From IMG/VR virus record IMGVR_UViG_3300033076_000855, positions 1 through 56,764 of that record: a stretch of DNA of 56,764 nt. The stretch is one strand, 5' to 3'. Under the pieces are notes generated by a model. That model ran no database searches. It had not been told where the DNA came from and saw only the letters and a program-made list of their open reading frames with translations. Each line of letters opens with the position of its first letter. Position 1 is the stretch's first letter. Origin of the DNA: a virus (lineage: Duplodnaviria > Caudoviricetes). The position numbers and the translations under genes were made by a program. Shown here in pieces: positions 8,816 through 18,379 of this stretch.

Positions 8816-8956
8816 GAGCAGCAGGGTATGCTCGACGAATGCTTGAGCGGATCGTTCACTGGTTGATCGCCCTCGGCGCCGCAGGATGGCTCCTGGGCGC
8901 CGTGATCCAGCTCGTCAAGTATGGGGCTTTGACGGCCCCCTGCTGCGGCTGATTTC

Positions 8957-11900
8957 TCAGCGCAGCCCCGGAGCCACCAGCCGCGCCGTCCGGTCCTTCT
9001 GCTTCTGAATCTCCAGAATCCGCGCACGCTTCTCGGCGGGGTCCATCGCCGAGCGCTCGATCATGCGGATGCGCTCGTTGAACTTCGCCTCGGCTGACTT
9101 CACCCGCTCGACCGAACGGTACTTGGTCAGCTCCTCGCGGTTGGACTCACGGAAGGCCGCAGCCTCGGCCGTCTTGCCCTCTTTCAACAGCTGGCGGTAG
9201 GTGCCGTAGGCTTCCTCCAGCACCTTCGCCTGGTCGTACATCTGGCTGACGTAGCGGCTGCTGGCCGAGTCGACGTCGCTGGCGATGCCCGCGGTGGCCA
9301 TCTTCCAGTAGTCGCGCTCGGGGCGGCTCGGCTCGTTGGTGAGCGGGCGGATCGCGTAGTCGGCGCCCGACACCACGAATGACCCCAGCCACCCAAAGTA
9401 GCCGCGCAGGACGTGGTCGATCTGGACCGGCGACATGGCACCGGCCGTGGCGGTCGACAGGCCCCGCGCCACCATGCTGGTGTTCTGCGTGAAGCGGTAC
9501 TCGGGCTTCAGGCGCTCCATGCCCATCGTCTCGATCGGACGGCCGGAGAAGCTGTCCTTGTTCGAGTAGATGTCGATGATGGGCTTGACCATCTGCGGCA
9601 CCGGGTTCATCGACAGGTTGTCCTTCAGGATGTCCAGCACGTTCTTGCCCAGACGCTTGCCGGTCATCTCGGGGTCGGTGAAGTACTCGACGCCGCGCTC
9701 AGCCAGCGTCGCGATGGCGCCGATCTCGAACGGCTTCGGAATGCGCCAGGCCACGCCTCCGAACTTGAACCACCAGTTGTTGTTGCGGTCCCAGTCCTCG
9801 CGCTTCTTCCAGTCATCGTCGTCGCCGTAGGCGGCCATCAGCGCAAGCGAGGCCAGCGCCGTGGCGCCCAGCACGATGCTGAAGCGGCGTGGGTCTTCCT
9901 GCGCCGACTTGCCCAGCTTGTACAAGCCCTGGATGCGGGCGTTCATGAAGGGCACCACCTGGGTCAGGAAGCGGATCGTGGTGAACGTGCCCTGCATGCT
10001 GAAGTCCATCAGGTCACGCGCCGTGAGGCTCGCCTCCTGGTGGCCCATGCCCTTGGCCCGCAGCTGCTTGTACAGCGCCGCACGGTTGATCTCTTCGCCC
10101 CGGTTGCCCACCTCCTGGTAGACGTCGATCGCGCCCTTGATCTTGCGATAGAAGGCCTCGACCTTCTCCTCGCTGTCGAGGATCGTGCTCTTGTCCACGC
10201 CGTCCTTGATCAGGCGGCGGGTGTTGTCGGCCTTCGTGCCTTCCATCGTGCCGAAGCGGATCAGCGCACCGGAGGCCAGCATGGACACGTAGTCCTGGCC
10301 CTTGCGATCGGTGGCCTTGAAGCCCTCTTTCAGGTTGCCCGCCACGTTGTAGGACAGAGGCGCGGTGGCCACTGCCTGCAGCGAGTCGCGGATCAAGTTG
10401 CGGATCTTGAACGCGGGGCTCGCGGTCACGCCGATCGTCAGGTAGTGCTTGAACTTGGACAGCGCATCCATGAGCGGGCCGCGCATACCCGCGAACTCCA
10501 GACTCGTGATGGCAGCCAGGACGTGCGGATCTTCGACGAGGAAGTAGCGCTCCTTGCCCTGGTCCATGAACCAGACCACGTTCTTGCGCATGGCCAGGGC
10601 CTTGCCCAGCTGGCGCACGGTGGTCTCGTTGGATTCGATCGCCACGCCCACGTTGGCCGCAGCCTCCAGGCTCGCCTTGGCTGCGCGGTTCTTGGCCGCT
10701 GCGTCGATCAGGTGGCCCCAGTTCTGCAGGGTGTTGGCCAAGAGGTCGCTGTTGAGCTTGTCCGTGCCGCCCTTCAGCATCTTGAACGCACGCTGGCGCA
10801 CGAGCGGCTGGCCGATCTTGGCACCGATGAAGCCGCCGTCCTCTTCGCTCACGCGGTAGAACGGAATGTAGAACTCGTTCTCCCACAGCTTGCGGCTCTC
10901 GCCGTCAATCAGGCCCGATTGCTCGGCCATGTCCAGCGCGTTCTTGTTGAACTCGTTGAAGGTCACCTGCGCGTCGCGGAAGATCTTGGTGCGGTCACGC
11001 GTGACCTTGCCCTTCTCCGGTCCGTTCTGGATCGTGTAGTCGTAGTCGGTCGTGCCCTGGTCAAGGCTGAGACCGGCTTGGATGTCGGCATCGCTGAAGA
11101 GGTTCTCGCGGCCTTCGGCCTTCAGGCGCTTGGCCCGGTTGGCCGCAGTCCACCACATGAAGTCTTCGAGCTCGCCGTGCAGCGGCACGCCCAGGCGCTC
11201 GATGAAGCCGCCGGTGTTCTCGGCGTCGTAGACGTTGTCCGTGATCTTGAGCTTGCCGTGGTGCAGGAACGCCTCGAACGCACCGGCTGCACCCTTGGAC
11301 AGGCGCGCCAGGGCGTAGGCTTCTTTGCTCAGATCCTTCAAGGGGCGGAACTGATCGGCCAGGCCCTGGGCCATCTTCTTGCCGAAGTCCTTGCGCAGGC
11401 TGGCGATGCGCTCCTTGATCGTGGGCACCTCGACCGTGCGGCCGGTGTTCTTGAACATGGCCAGCTGCTCAGGCGTGTACTTGCGGGAAGACTCGCCGAC
11501 GATGCGCTGCTTGCTGAACCGCATGTCGTTCGTGTCGGTGCCGAACTCGCCGGTGTTCTGCGTGGCGCTCTTGAGCTGGTTCGGCTTGAACGCGACGAAC
11601 ACATCGGTCGGCTCACCGGCATAGGCGCTGTAGCCACCACCATCGTCGACCACGTTGCGAATGATCGCGCCGTCGTGGCTATAGCGGCGGGCATCGGCCA
11701 CGACGCTGTCCGTGGTTTCGCCGGTGGTGTCGTAATCCGCGCTTTCAACTGAGGCGTATTCATGCTGAGACGCGAGCGCCTCTGCGTCCTCGCGGGAGGT
11801 GAAGTAGCGCTGGCCAGATTCCGTGGAGAGGTGCTCACCGTCTTCGTCGGAGACAACCTTCCACTGGTCGTGACGCTCGCCGCTCCAGTGGGCACCCTCA

Positions 11901-14900
11901 AAGTCCGACTCTTGAGGGTTGCGCAGGTTCATGAACGACGCGTAGTAGCCGCTGGTGTCTCCACCCTCAAGCGGCTCGCGCTCCATGTCGGCAAACTCGA
12001 TCTCACGGCCACGGCCACGCTTGACGTAGGTCTGCGCCATCGAGCGGTTGGGTGTGGCGAAGATGCCCAGGTCACCGCGCTTCGTGCCGCCTGGCTCGTT
12101 GAACTCGCTGAAGCCGCCCTTGTCGGTGCCGTGGTACACGACCAGCGGCTCGCCGTTGTCGTCAACCACCTTGGAGACGTTGTCGTCGCTCCACAGGGAG
12201 CCGACGGGGTTCTCAGCGCGGGCGTGCTTCTCCCAGTCGCCGAACCATTCCTTGAACTGCGGCGTGCGGACCTGAATCCACTGGCGCTCGGTGAGGTTGG
12301 TCGGCTTGCCGTTGGGCGCCTTCAACCACTCGGGCGTGCCCAGGTACTTCTCGCGCACGCGCAGCGCGTCGTTCTCGGCTTGCTCGCCGCGTGTGCGGCT
12401 GAGCTTCGCGCCTGGCGCGGGCTTGGTGCCCTGCTTGACCCGCTCGCCGAGCTTGGCGATGAACTCCTTCATCGGCTTGTCGACGGTGCGGTCGCCCGTG
12501 AGGCTGTATTCCACCGGCAGCAGCACGGCCTTCTGGCGCGCAAACTCGCGCTCGGTGATGGGCACACCTGCCACCTCGGGGCGGAAGTTGACCCAGCTGT
12601 TCTGGCCACGCGTCTCCGCGGTCAGCGCCCAACGTGCCCACATGTTGGGGGTCATCGACATGTGGTTCTTCCAGGCCGCCTCTTCGCCCTTGGGGCCGAA
12701 CTGTGTGGGCGACATGGCGTGCGCGTAGTAGTCGTGCACGGCGCGCAGCAGGTCGTTGTACAGCAGCTCGTAGCCGTTCTGGTCCTTGAGGCCCGTCTTC
12801 TCCAGCAGCGGGTGGCCGGTGAAGTCTTCGCCTGGTGGGCCGAACGTCTCGGGCGTGGTGCCGAAGATGAAGATGTGGTTGTTGTCGAGGATGTCGCGGC
12901 GCATCGCTGCGCTGTTGGCGTAGGGTTCCCCCTGGCCATTCATCACTTCGACCTTCACCGGCAAAGCCTTGTACTGGCGCATGACCTCTTTGGCCAGTTC
13001 GCCATACGCTTTGCGGACGTTGGGGTTCTTGAGGTCGTTGTCGGGGAGCGACTCGTAGACCTGTGCGATCTCGCCCTGCAGCGCGGATTGTGCGGGCGTG
13101 ATCTCAGCGGCCTGGTCGAAGGTTTTGACCTTCGCGCCGCTGTTGAGGTACTGCGCTACTCGCTTTGCAGTTTCGCTGCGGACGCCATCACCGGCGGAAA
13201 CGTCGCCTTGAACTCGGTCGAATCCGATGGCTCCAGCACCTTGACCGTATGGCCAGAGGCGCTCAACCGATCGTCCAAAGCTGACAGCCGATTTTCCAAC
13301 CAGTCCGGCGGCTGTTTCGATACCCTGCTCGAAGCGGGTGAACTCTTCTTCATTGAAATCTCCAACGTAATACGCCTCGATGAAATCATCGTTGAACGAC
13401 AGGCCAGCCAGGCCTGACTTCTCAATGATCGACTCGATCTGTTTGCGGGTAAGGGCTTTCTTCAATTCCCACCGGTAGACCGGCGTGGCGTAGGAGCCGT
13501 CGTCAAACTGGGTTCCCGCCTTGGCCTTGACACCACGGCGGACATGCACTTGCTCTTGGTTGAAATTCTCGGCGAACTTCGCCAGCGCAGCAAGGACTTG
13601 TGCACGATCGTTGTCAGCAAACGACACTGCGGCCGAGAGCGAGCTTTCCACGTAGCCGCCATACAGGCCGGTGATGCCGTCGGCTTTCACGCGGGCAGAC
13701 GTGCCCGCCAGCAGGTGGCGCAGGTTGTCCAGCGCGATGTCTTGCAGCAAGGCGTGGGCAAACCCGTCGCCCTGGGCGGCAGCCGCCTGGAGCGCGGCGA
13801 TGCCGGGGATCGAGTTGGTACTGGCCGACAGGCTGATGCTGACCTTGTCCTTGGCCACCTCGGGCGCGAGCGTGCGAGCCTGGCGCTTGGCCGGGTCAGC
13901 GTCGAGTTCCTGGCGGAATGACGTACCACCGGCAGATGCTGGCTTGCCCTCGTCGGACCCTTCCCAAGCCATCTTGCGGATGCCACCGGCCAGCTTCTTT
14001 ACTTCGTCGCGGGCCTGCTCGCGGGTGATCTCGCCCTTCTTGAAGCGGTCCCACACGGCGTTGATGTCGGGGGCCAGCTTGTCCTTGAGGGCGGCCGGGA
14101 ACAGCGCACGCACCGCCTCCCAGGTGATCGACTGCATCTCGCGCGGCAGGATGCCGCGCTGGGCTGCAGCGTCGCGGTAGGCGTCGGCGAAGAGGCCGTA
14201 GGTGCCACCTGCGCCCGTCTCGGCGTTGCCGCCTGCCTTGCCGAAGTTGTCCGCCACCTCGGGGCTGCTACCCGAGAGGCCTTTCACCAGCGCAGCAGCG
14301 ACAGCGTGCGTGTCGATCGTCACGTGACCGTCGGCGCTGTTGGGGCTGATGATGTTGTTGTAGAAGTTGCGGACCTTGTGTTCGTCGCCGAGCTGCTCGT
14401 CGATGTTCTTGAACGAACCGTCGTTCAGGACCGACACGGCTTTCTCGATGGTGTCGAAACCGCCCCAGGTCACGGAGGCTTCGCCGTCGTCCGAGTTGGT
14501 CACGTAGTCGCCGAAGCCGCCCTCGGGCGTGACCAGGCGGTACTGGCGCTCGAAGTAAGTTTCATCGAAGGCTCGCACGAAGAGTGCAGCCTGGCGCATG
14601 TTCATGTCGGCGAGCTTCACGCCTTGCAGCGGGCGCACCTCATCGAGCACAGCCTGGCGGCTGGCCTTCGTGTCCACGTCCTTGGACGCGTTGACCCAGC
14701 TCTGGACCCAGTCAGTCATGGCCGGGGTCCACGCTTCGTTCTGGCGCTCTTTCCAGATCGCCGTCACGCGCTCGCCCAGCGACACGTTCTTGAACCAGTC
14801 CATCTGCGGACTGAGCACAGCCAGGACGCCAGAGGCCTGGCGCAGGCTCACGCCGTACTTGCTGGTCCAATCAGTGGCAATGCGGTTCGCGCCGTCGTAC

Positions 14901-17900
14901 CAGAGCTTGGCACGCTCGCGCACGTCAGCGGGCACCAGGTCGTGCAGCCACAGCAGGTTCTCGACCACGGTGTCGTGCAGCTCCTGCATGAGTTTCTCGG
15001 CGTTGCCCTTGCCGGACAGCGTGTTGTAGCTCTGCAGCGCCTTCATGACGGCGGCGACGTGCTTGTCGGTGGCGCGGACGTCCTGCCCGTCAATCACCCA
15101 CTTCTCGTCGTAGCCGTTCGACGTGCGCCCTTTCTTGGGCGCAGGCTTGGGCGAGGTGGTGCTGACCTCGATGCGGTCTTCGGGGTTGGTGAAGTCGGCG
15201 CGGCGCTTGGACTGGGTGACCTCTTGGCCAAGCTCAGCGGACTGATCTTCTTGCGCCATGGCCTCGGCTTCGCCGCGCTGCTGCCCGGCGTAGGCCACGG
15301 TGGCGTCCTTGATGGCCGCCTTGATGGCGTCCAGGTCGGAGACAAACTCGGTCGACTTGAAGCCGCCCTGGGTGATGACGTTGCGGAAGGAGTTGATCGC
15401 CTTGGTGAGCGCAGCGGCCACCTTCAGCACGATGGCGCGGGCGCCCTCGGGGTTCTGGGCGGCGATCTCCTTGAACACGTCGGACCAGAACGCGGTGTCC
15501 TGGAACTGGTTGCCCATCAGGTCGGCCGTCAGCTCTTCGAGCGAGGCGCCCTTGCCGTAGTACTCGCGGAACTTGGCGCGGCCCTCGGTGTTGAGGTTGC
15601 GTGCCACCACGGCAGCGATGGCGCGGTAGGCCTCGGGGTTCTCACGCTTGAGCAGGTGCAGCATCTCATGGCCGAAAACGACCAGGGGGCTGATGCCCGA
15701 GTCGGCGCTCAGGTAGATGTTCTTGTTGTCGCCGTCGCGCACGAAGCCGTCGGCCTTGAGCGTGGGCGATTCAAACACCACCAGGCGCTTGCCGAAGATG
15801 CGGGCGATCTGCTTGATCAGCTTGCCGGGCGCGCCCAGCTTGCTGGCGTCGTGGAACGTGACGCTGTGATCCGTGCCGTTGTCATTGATAGTCTCTGTCA
15901 CACCCGGCACCGGGGCGCGGTTGCTTGAGAATTTCGCGCCAGTGGTGACGATCGTGCCCTTGCTTGCGTCGGCAAGCGGTGTCACCTGCGCGACTCCGAC
16001 TTCAGCAGATTGTTGCGTAGAAACAACACTTTGCCGCAGGGCGCGCAGGCGGGTGCGCTGTTCGGTGTTCAGGTTGAACGGGCCACGTGCAGCGGTCTCG
16101 GCGATCTGGAAGTCAGCGCCCAGGCGGTCACGGCCTTGGCGGATCGTGAGGTTCTGCTCGGCCGTGCGCTCGGTGCCAGGCACGCGCAGCGCGGCGATCA
16201 CGGCGTCGATGTTGGGTGCCTGAGCGGCAGCGCGCTCGTCGGTGGCAGCAGCGTTCTGGCGGTCCAGGCGCTCCTGTGCCAGGCGCTCCATGCGGCTGTC
16301 GCTGCGGTCCTGCTGTTCCTGCTGGACCAGCTGCTGCTCGGTCAGGCCAGTCTGCTGCGTGGACTCGCTGCGGGGCGCCTTGCCCAGCGCGATGCCTGTG
16401 GCCTGGGTGAGCTTCTCGTCGGTGCTGAGGTTCTGGCCCAGGCTGTCGTCGATGCGGTCGTAGGGCTTGCCCAGACCGGCTTCCTGGAAGATGCGGGCTT
16501 CGGCCGGGCTGGCCACGCCACCACGGTCTTCGACGTTGCGCAGTGCGCGGTCGATCACGACCTGGCGGCTGTTCTGGTCTTCCTGCTTGGCGGTCTCCAC
16601 CTTGCCGGTGAGTGCCGCGGTCTCGATGCGGTTCTGCGCTTCTTGCGTCGTGACGGCCGGAGCTGGCGACGTCACATCGAGTGACGGCAGCGGCTGCTGC
16701 GCGATGGCGAACTTGCCCGGCTGCGAGGGGTGCGCCACGGCGGCCAGCCCCAGGGCGTTGCCACCCTCCTGAGCGGTCTGGTCACGCAGCACGGCCAGGC
16801 GAGCCTGGGCCTGGCGCGGGTCCATGGGCGTCAGGTCCACGAAGTTTTCCGTGGTGCGCTGGCGCGGCTCTCCGCGAGCCACCTCGGCCTGGGCCAAGGC
16901 GTTCTCGCGCTCGGCCTGGAACCCAGCGTTGTTGGCCTGCTGCATGAGCGCAGCGTCCTTGTCGGCCATCGTGCGCAGCGCGGGGATGTTGGGGGTTGTC
17001 GACGCGGTCGGTGCAGCCAGGGGCTGCTTGAGCAGCTCACCGCTGCCCAGGGCCTCTTGAGGCGTGGGGATCGCGCCGCCTGCGCCGAGCATCTGATCGA
17101 TGCTTTGCTTCAGCTCGGTCGTGCCGACGTTCAGGTCGGCCAGGTCCATGGCGGCCTTGGCGGCGTCGCCTGCGGTCTGAGCTTGGCTCAGGGCGTCCTG
17201 CGCACGCTTGACCGATACCTCGACCCCGGTGGGCGTTTCCATGCCCAGGGTCTTGTTGACGAGGCCACGGCCAGCGGCCATACCAGCGCCCTGCCCCAGG
17301 CCCAGGATCGACTCATCGACCACGTCCAGGGGGTTGACCTTGCCGTACGCCAGCTGCTGGCCAGCGGCCTCGGAGAGGCCTTCGCCGCCCATCTCTGCAG
17401 TGGTCACACCAGCGCCGCGGGCAGCACGTGCGCCCATCGTGTTGCGGGCGGCCACGCGTGCTTCGAGCGCAGCCATGTCGGCGGTGGCCTTGGCCAGTGC
17501 TGCCGAGTCACCGGCAGCGCCTGCGGCCTTGGCGGTCTTGGTGAGGGCATTGGCCTCGCGCGCCAGGACACGCTCGCCAGCGCCAGCCACGCCCAGGGTC
17601 AGCGCGTTGAGCGCGGCGTCCGTGCCTGCGGTGCCGATGCCTTTGAGGCGCGACTTGCTGAGAATCTCGTCGTACTTCTCGGCGATCAGCGGCGCCAGGG
17701 CGTTGGCATCACGCGGATCAATCCCGCGCTCCTGCGCGAGCTGCAACACCTGGTCGCGCACGGCCGCGCCCTGCTCCACCATGTAGCCGCCAACGGTGCC
17801 GCCAGCGATGCCGCCGATCAGCGCACCGCCGGGCACCGGCGTGGCCGCGCCGCCGACAGCACCGGCCGCGCCAGCAGCCAGGCCAGGCACGGAGTTGGGC

Positions 17901-18373
17901 AGGTTCTCGACCACCGCACCGGCCAGCTCTTTCGGGTTCGTGAGGAACTGGGCCAGGCGCTTGGCGGCCAGCGACGCGTAGGCGCCGATGGCGTCGACGC
18001 CCTTGGCGTCTTCGGCGGCCTTCTGGTACGGCGCGATCTCGTCGGCCATGCGGCGCTGCGCAGCAGTTGCGGGCAGCTGGGCCTTCTGGCCTTCAGCGAC
18101 CAGCTTGGCGATCTCGTTGGGGTCGTTGGTCGTGCTGATCTTGCCAGCCTCGACCGTGTTGCGCAGACCCTGCTTGGCTCGATCGATGATCCCTGGCTCT
18201 TGGCCAGCGGGCGCTGGAGGCTCGTAGCCCAGCTCCTTTGCGATCTGCTCTTCGCTGAAGCCAGCGGCCCGAGCCTTCACCAGATTGGCGCCAGCGCTTC
18301 GGGCCAGCTCGTCGTTGATCTGTTCGAGGGAGAACCCGGCGTCCAGCGCCGCTTTGATGTTGGGTTGGGCCAT
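8957..18373 (-). CDS. Giant (3138 aa) polyvalent virion/ejection protein with LPD38-like C-terminus, ADP-ribosyltransferase-like, HExxH peptidase-like and other domains
   Basis: Last gene of the ejection cluster; motifs GHEMLH, PLVVYHGT...NQLKSAT, WRIPKPFEIG. Confidence 0.85.
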   Translation of the reverse strand: MAQPNIKAALDAGFSLEQINDELARSAGANLVKARAAGFSEEQIAKELGYEPPAPAGQEPGIIDRAKQGLRNTVEAGKISTTNDPNEIAKLVAEGQKAQLPATAAQRRMADEIAPYQKAAEDAKGVDAIGAYASLAAKRLAQFLTNPKELAGAVVENLPNSVPGLAAGAAGAVGGAATPVPGGALIGGIAGGTVGGYMVEQGAAVRDQVLQLAQERGIDPRDANALAPLIAEKYDEILSKSRLKGIGTAGTDAALNALTLGVAGAGERVLAREANALTKTAKAAGAAGDSAALAKATADMAALEARVAARNTMGARAARGAGVTTAEMGGEGLSEAAGQQLAYGKVNPLDVVDESILGLGQGAGMAAGRGLVNKTLGMETPTGVEVSVKRAQDALSQAQTAGDAAKAAMDLADLNVGTTELKQSIDQMLGAGGAIPTPQEALGSGELLKQPLAAPTASTTPNIPALRTMADKDAALMQQANNAGFQAERENALAQAEVARGEPRQRTTENFVDLTPMDPRQAQARLAVLRDQTAQEGGNALGLAAVAHPSQPGKFAIAQQPLPSLDVTSPAPAVTTQEAQNRIETAALTGKVETAKQEDQNSRQVVIDRALRNVEDRGGVASPAEARIFQEAGLGKPYDRIDDSLGQNLSTDEKLTQATGIALGKAPRSESTQQTGLTEQQLVQQEQQDRSDSRMERLAQERLDRQNAAATDERAAAQAPNIDAVIAALRVPGTERTAEQNLTIRQGRDRLGADFQIAETAARGPFNLNTEQRTRLRALRQSVVSTQQSAEVGVAQVTPLADASKGTIVTTGAKFSSNRAPVPGVTETINDNGTDHSVTFHDASKLGAPGKLIKQIARIFGKRLVVFESPTLKADGFVRDGDNKNIYLSADSGISPLVVFGHEMLHLLKRENPEAYRAIAAVVARNLNTEGRAKFREYYGKGASLEELTADLMGNQFQDTAFWSDVFKEIAAQNPEGARAIVLKVAAALTKAINSFRNVITQGGFKSTEFVSDLDAIKAAIKDATVAYAGQQRGEAEAMAQEDQSAELGQEVTQSKRRADFTNPEDRIEVSTTSPKPAPKKGRTSNGYDEKWVIDGQDVRATDKHVAAVMKALQSYNTLSGKGNAEKLMQELHDTVVENLLWLHDLVPADVRERAKLWYDGANRIATDWTSKYGVSLRQASGVLAVLSPQMDWFKNVSLGERVTAIWKERQNEAWTPAMTDWVQSWVNASKDVDTKASRQAVLDEVRPLQGVKLADMNMRQAALFVRAFDETYFERQYRLVTPEGGFGDYVTNSDDGEASVTWGGFDTIEKAVSVLNDGSFKNIDEQLGDEHKVRNFYNNIISPNSADGHVTIDTHAVAAALVKGLSGSSPEVADNFGKAGGNAETGAGGTYGLFADAYRDAAAQRGILPREMQSITWEAVRALFPAALKDKLAPDINAVWDRFKKGEITREQARDEVKKLAGGIRKMAWEGSDEGKPASAGGTSFRQELDADPAKRQARTLAPEVAKDKVSISLSASTNSIPGIAALQAAAAQGDGFAHALLQDIALDNLRHLLAGTSARVKADGITGLYGGYVESSLSAAVSFADNDRAQVLAALAKFAENFNQEQVHVRRGVKAKAGTQFDDGSYATPVYRWELKKALTRKQIESIIEKSGLAGLSFNDDFIEAYYVGDFNEEEFTRFEQGIETAAGLVGKSAVSFGRSVERLWPYGQGAGAIGFDRVQGDVSAGDGVRSETAKRVAQYLNSGAKVKTFDQAAEITPAQSALQGEIAQVYESLPDNDLKNPNVRKAYGELAKEVMRQYKALPVKVEVMNGQGEPYANSAAMRRDILDNNHIFIFGTTPETFGPPGEDFTGHPLLEKTGLKDQNGYELLYNDLLRAVHDYYAHAMSPTQFGPKGEEAAWKNHMSMTPNMWARWALTAETRGQNSWVNFRPEVAGVPITEREFARQKAVLLPVEYSLTGDRTVDKPMKEFIAKLGERVKQGTKPAPGAKLSRTRGEQAENDALRVREKYLGTPEWLKAPNGKPTNLTERQWIQVRTPQFKEWFGDWEKHARAENPVGSLWSDDNVSKVVDDNGEPLVVYHGTDKGGFSEFNEPGGTKRGDLGIFATPNRSMAQTYVKRGRGREIEFADMEREPLEGGDTSGYYASFMNLRNPQESDFEGAHWSGERHDQWKVVSDEDGEHLSTESGQRYFTSREDAEALASQHEYASVESADYDTTGETTDSVVADARRYSHDGAIIRNVVDDGGGYSAYAGEPTDVFVAFKPNQLKSATQNTGEFGTDTNDMRFSKQRIVGESSRKYTPEQLAMFKNTGRTVEVPTIKERIASLRKDFGKKMAQGLADQFRPLKDLSKEAYALARLSKGAAGAFEAFLHHGKLKITDNVYDAENTGGFIERLGVPLHGELEDFMWWTAANRAKRLKAEGRENLFSDADIQAGLSLDQGTTDYDYTIQNGPEKGKVTRDRTKIFRDAQVTFNEFNKNALDMAEQSGLIDGESRKLWENEFYIPFYRVSEEDGGFIGAKIGQPLVRQRAFKMLKGGTDKLNSDLLANTLQNWGHLIDAAAKNRAAKASLEAAANVGVAIESNETTVRQLGKALAMRKNVVWFMDQGKERYFLVEDPHVLAAITSLEFAGMRGPLMDALSKFKHYLTIGVTASPAFKIRNLIRDSLQAVATAPLSYNVAGNLKEGFKATDRKGQDYVSMLASGALIRFGTMEGTKADNTRRLIKDGVDKSTILDSEEKVEAFYRKIKGAIDVYQEVGNRGEEINRAALYKQLRAKGMGHQEASLTARDLMDFSMQGTFTTIRFLTQVVPFMNARIQGLYKLGKSAQEDPRRFSIVLGATALASLALMAAYGDDDDWKKREDWDRNNNWWFKFGGVAWRIPKPFEIGAIATLAERGVEYFTDPEMTGKRLGKNVLDILKDNLSMNPVPQMVKPIIDIYSNKDSFSGRPIETMGMERLKPEYRFTQNTSMVARGLSTATAGAMSPVQIDHVLRGYFGWLGSFVVSGADYAIRPLTNEPSRPERDYWKMATAGIASDVDSASSRYVSQMYDQAKVLEEAYGTYRQLLKEGKTAEAAAFRESNREELTKYRSVERVKSAEAKFNERIRMIERSAMDPAEKRARILEIQKQKDRTARLVAPGLR

Positions 18374-18379
18374 GTTGGT

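Noticed and set aside
8957-18373. N4-like virion RNA polymerase, given the size and the N4-type capsid
   Set aside because: No single-subunit RNAP motifs were recognised; the motifs match polyvalent/LPD38-type proteins instead.
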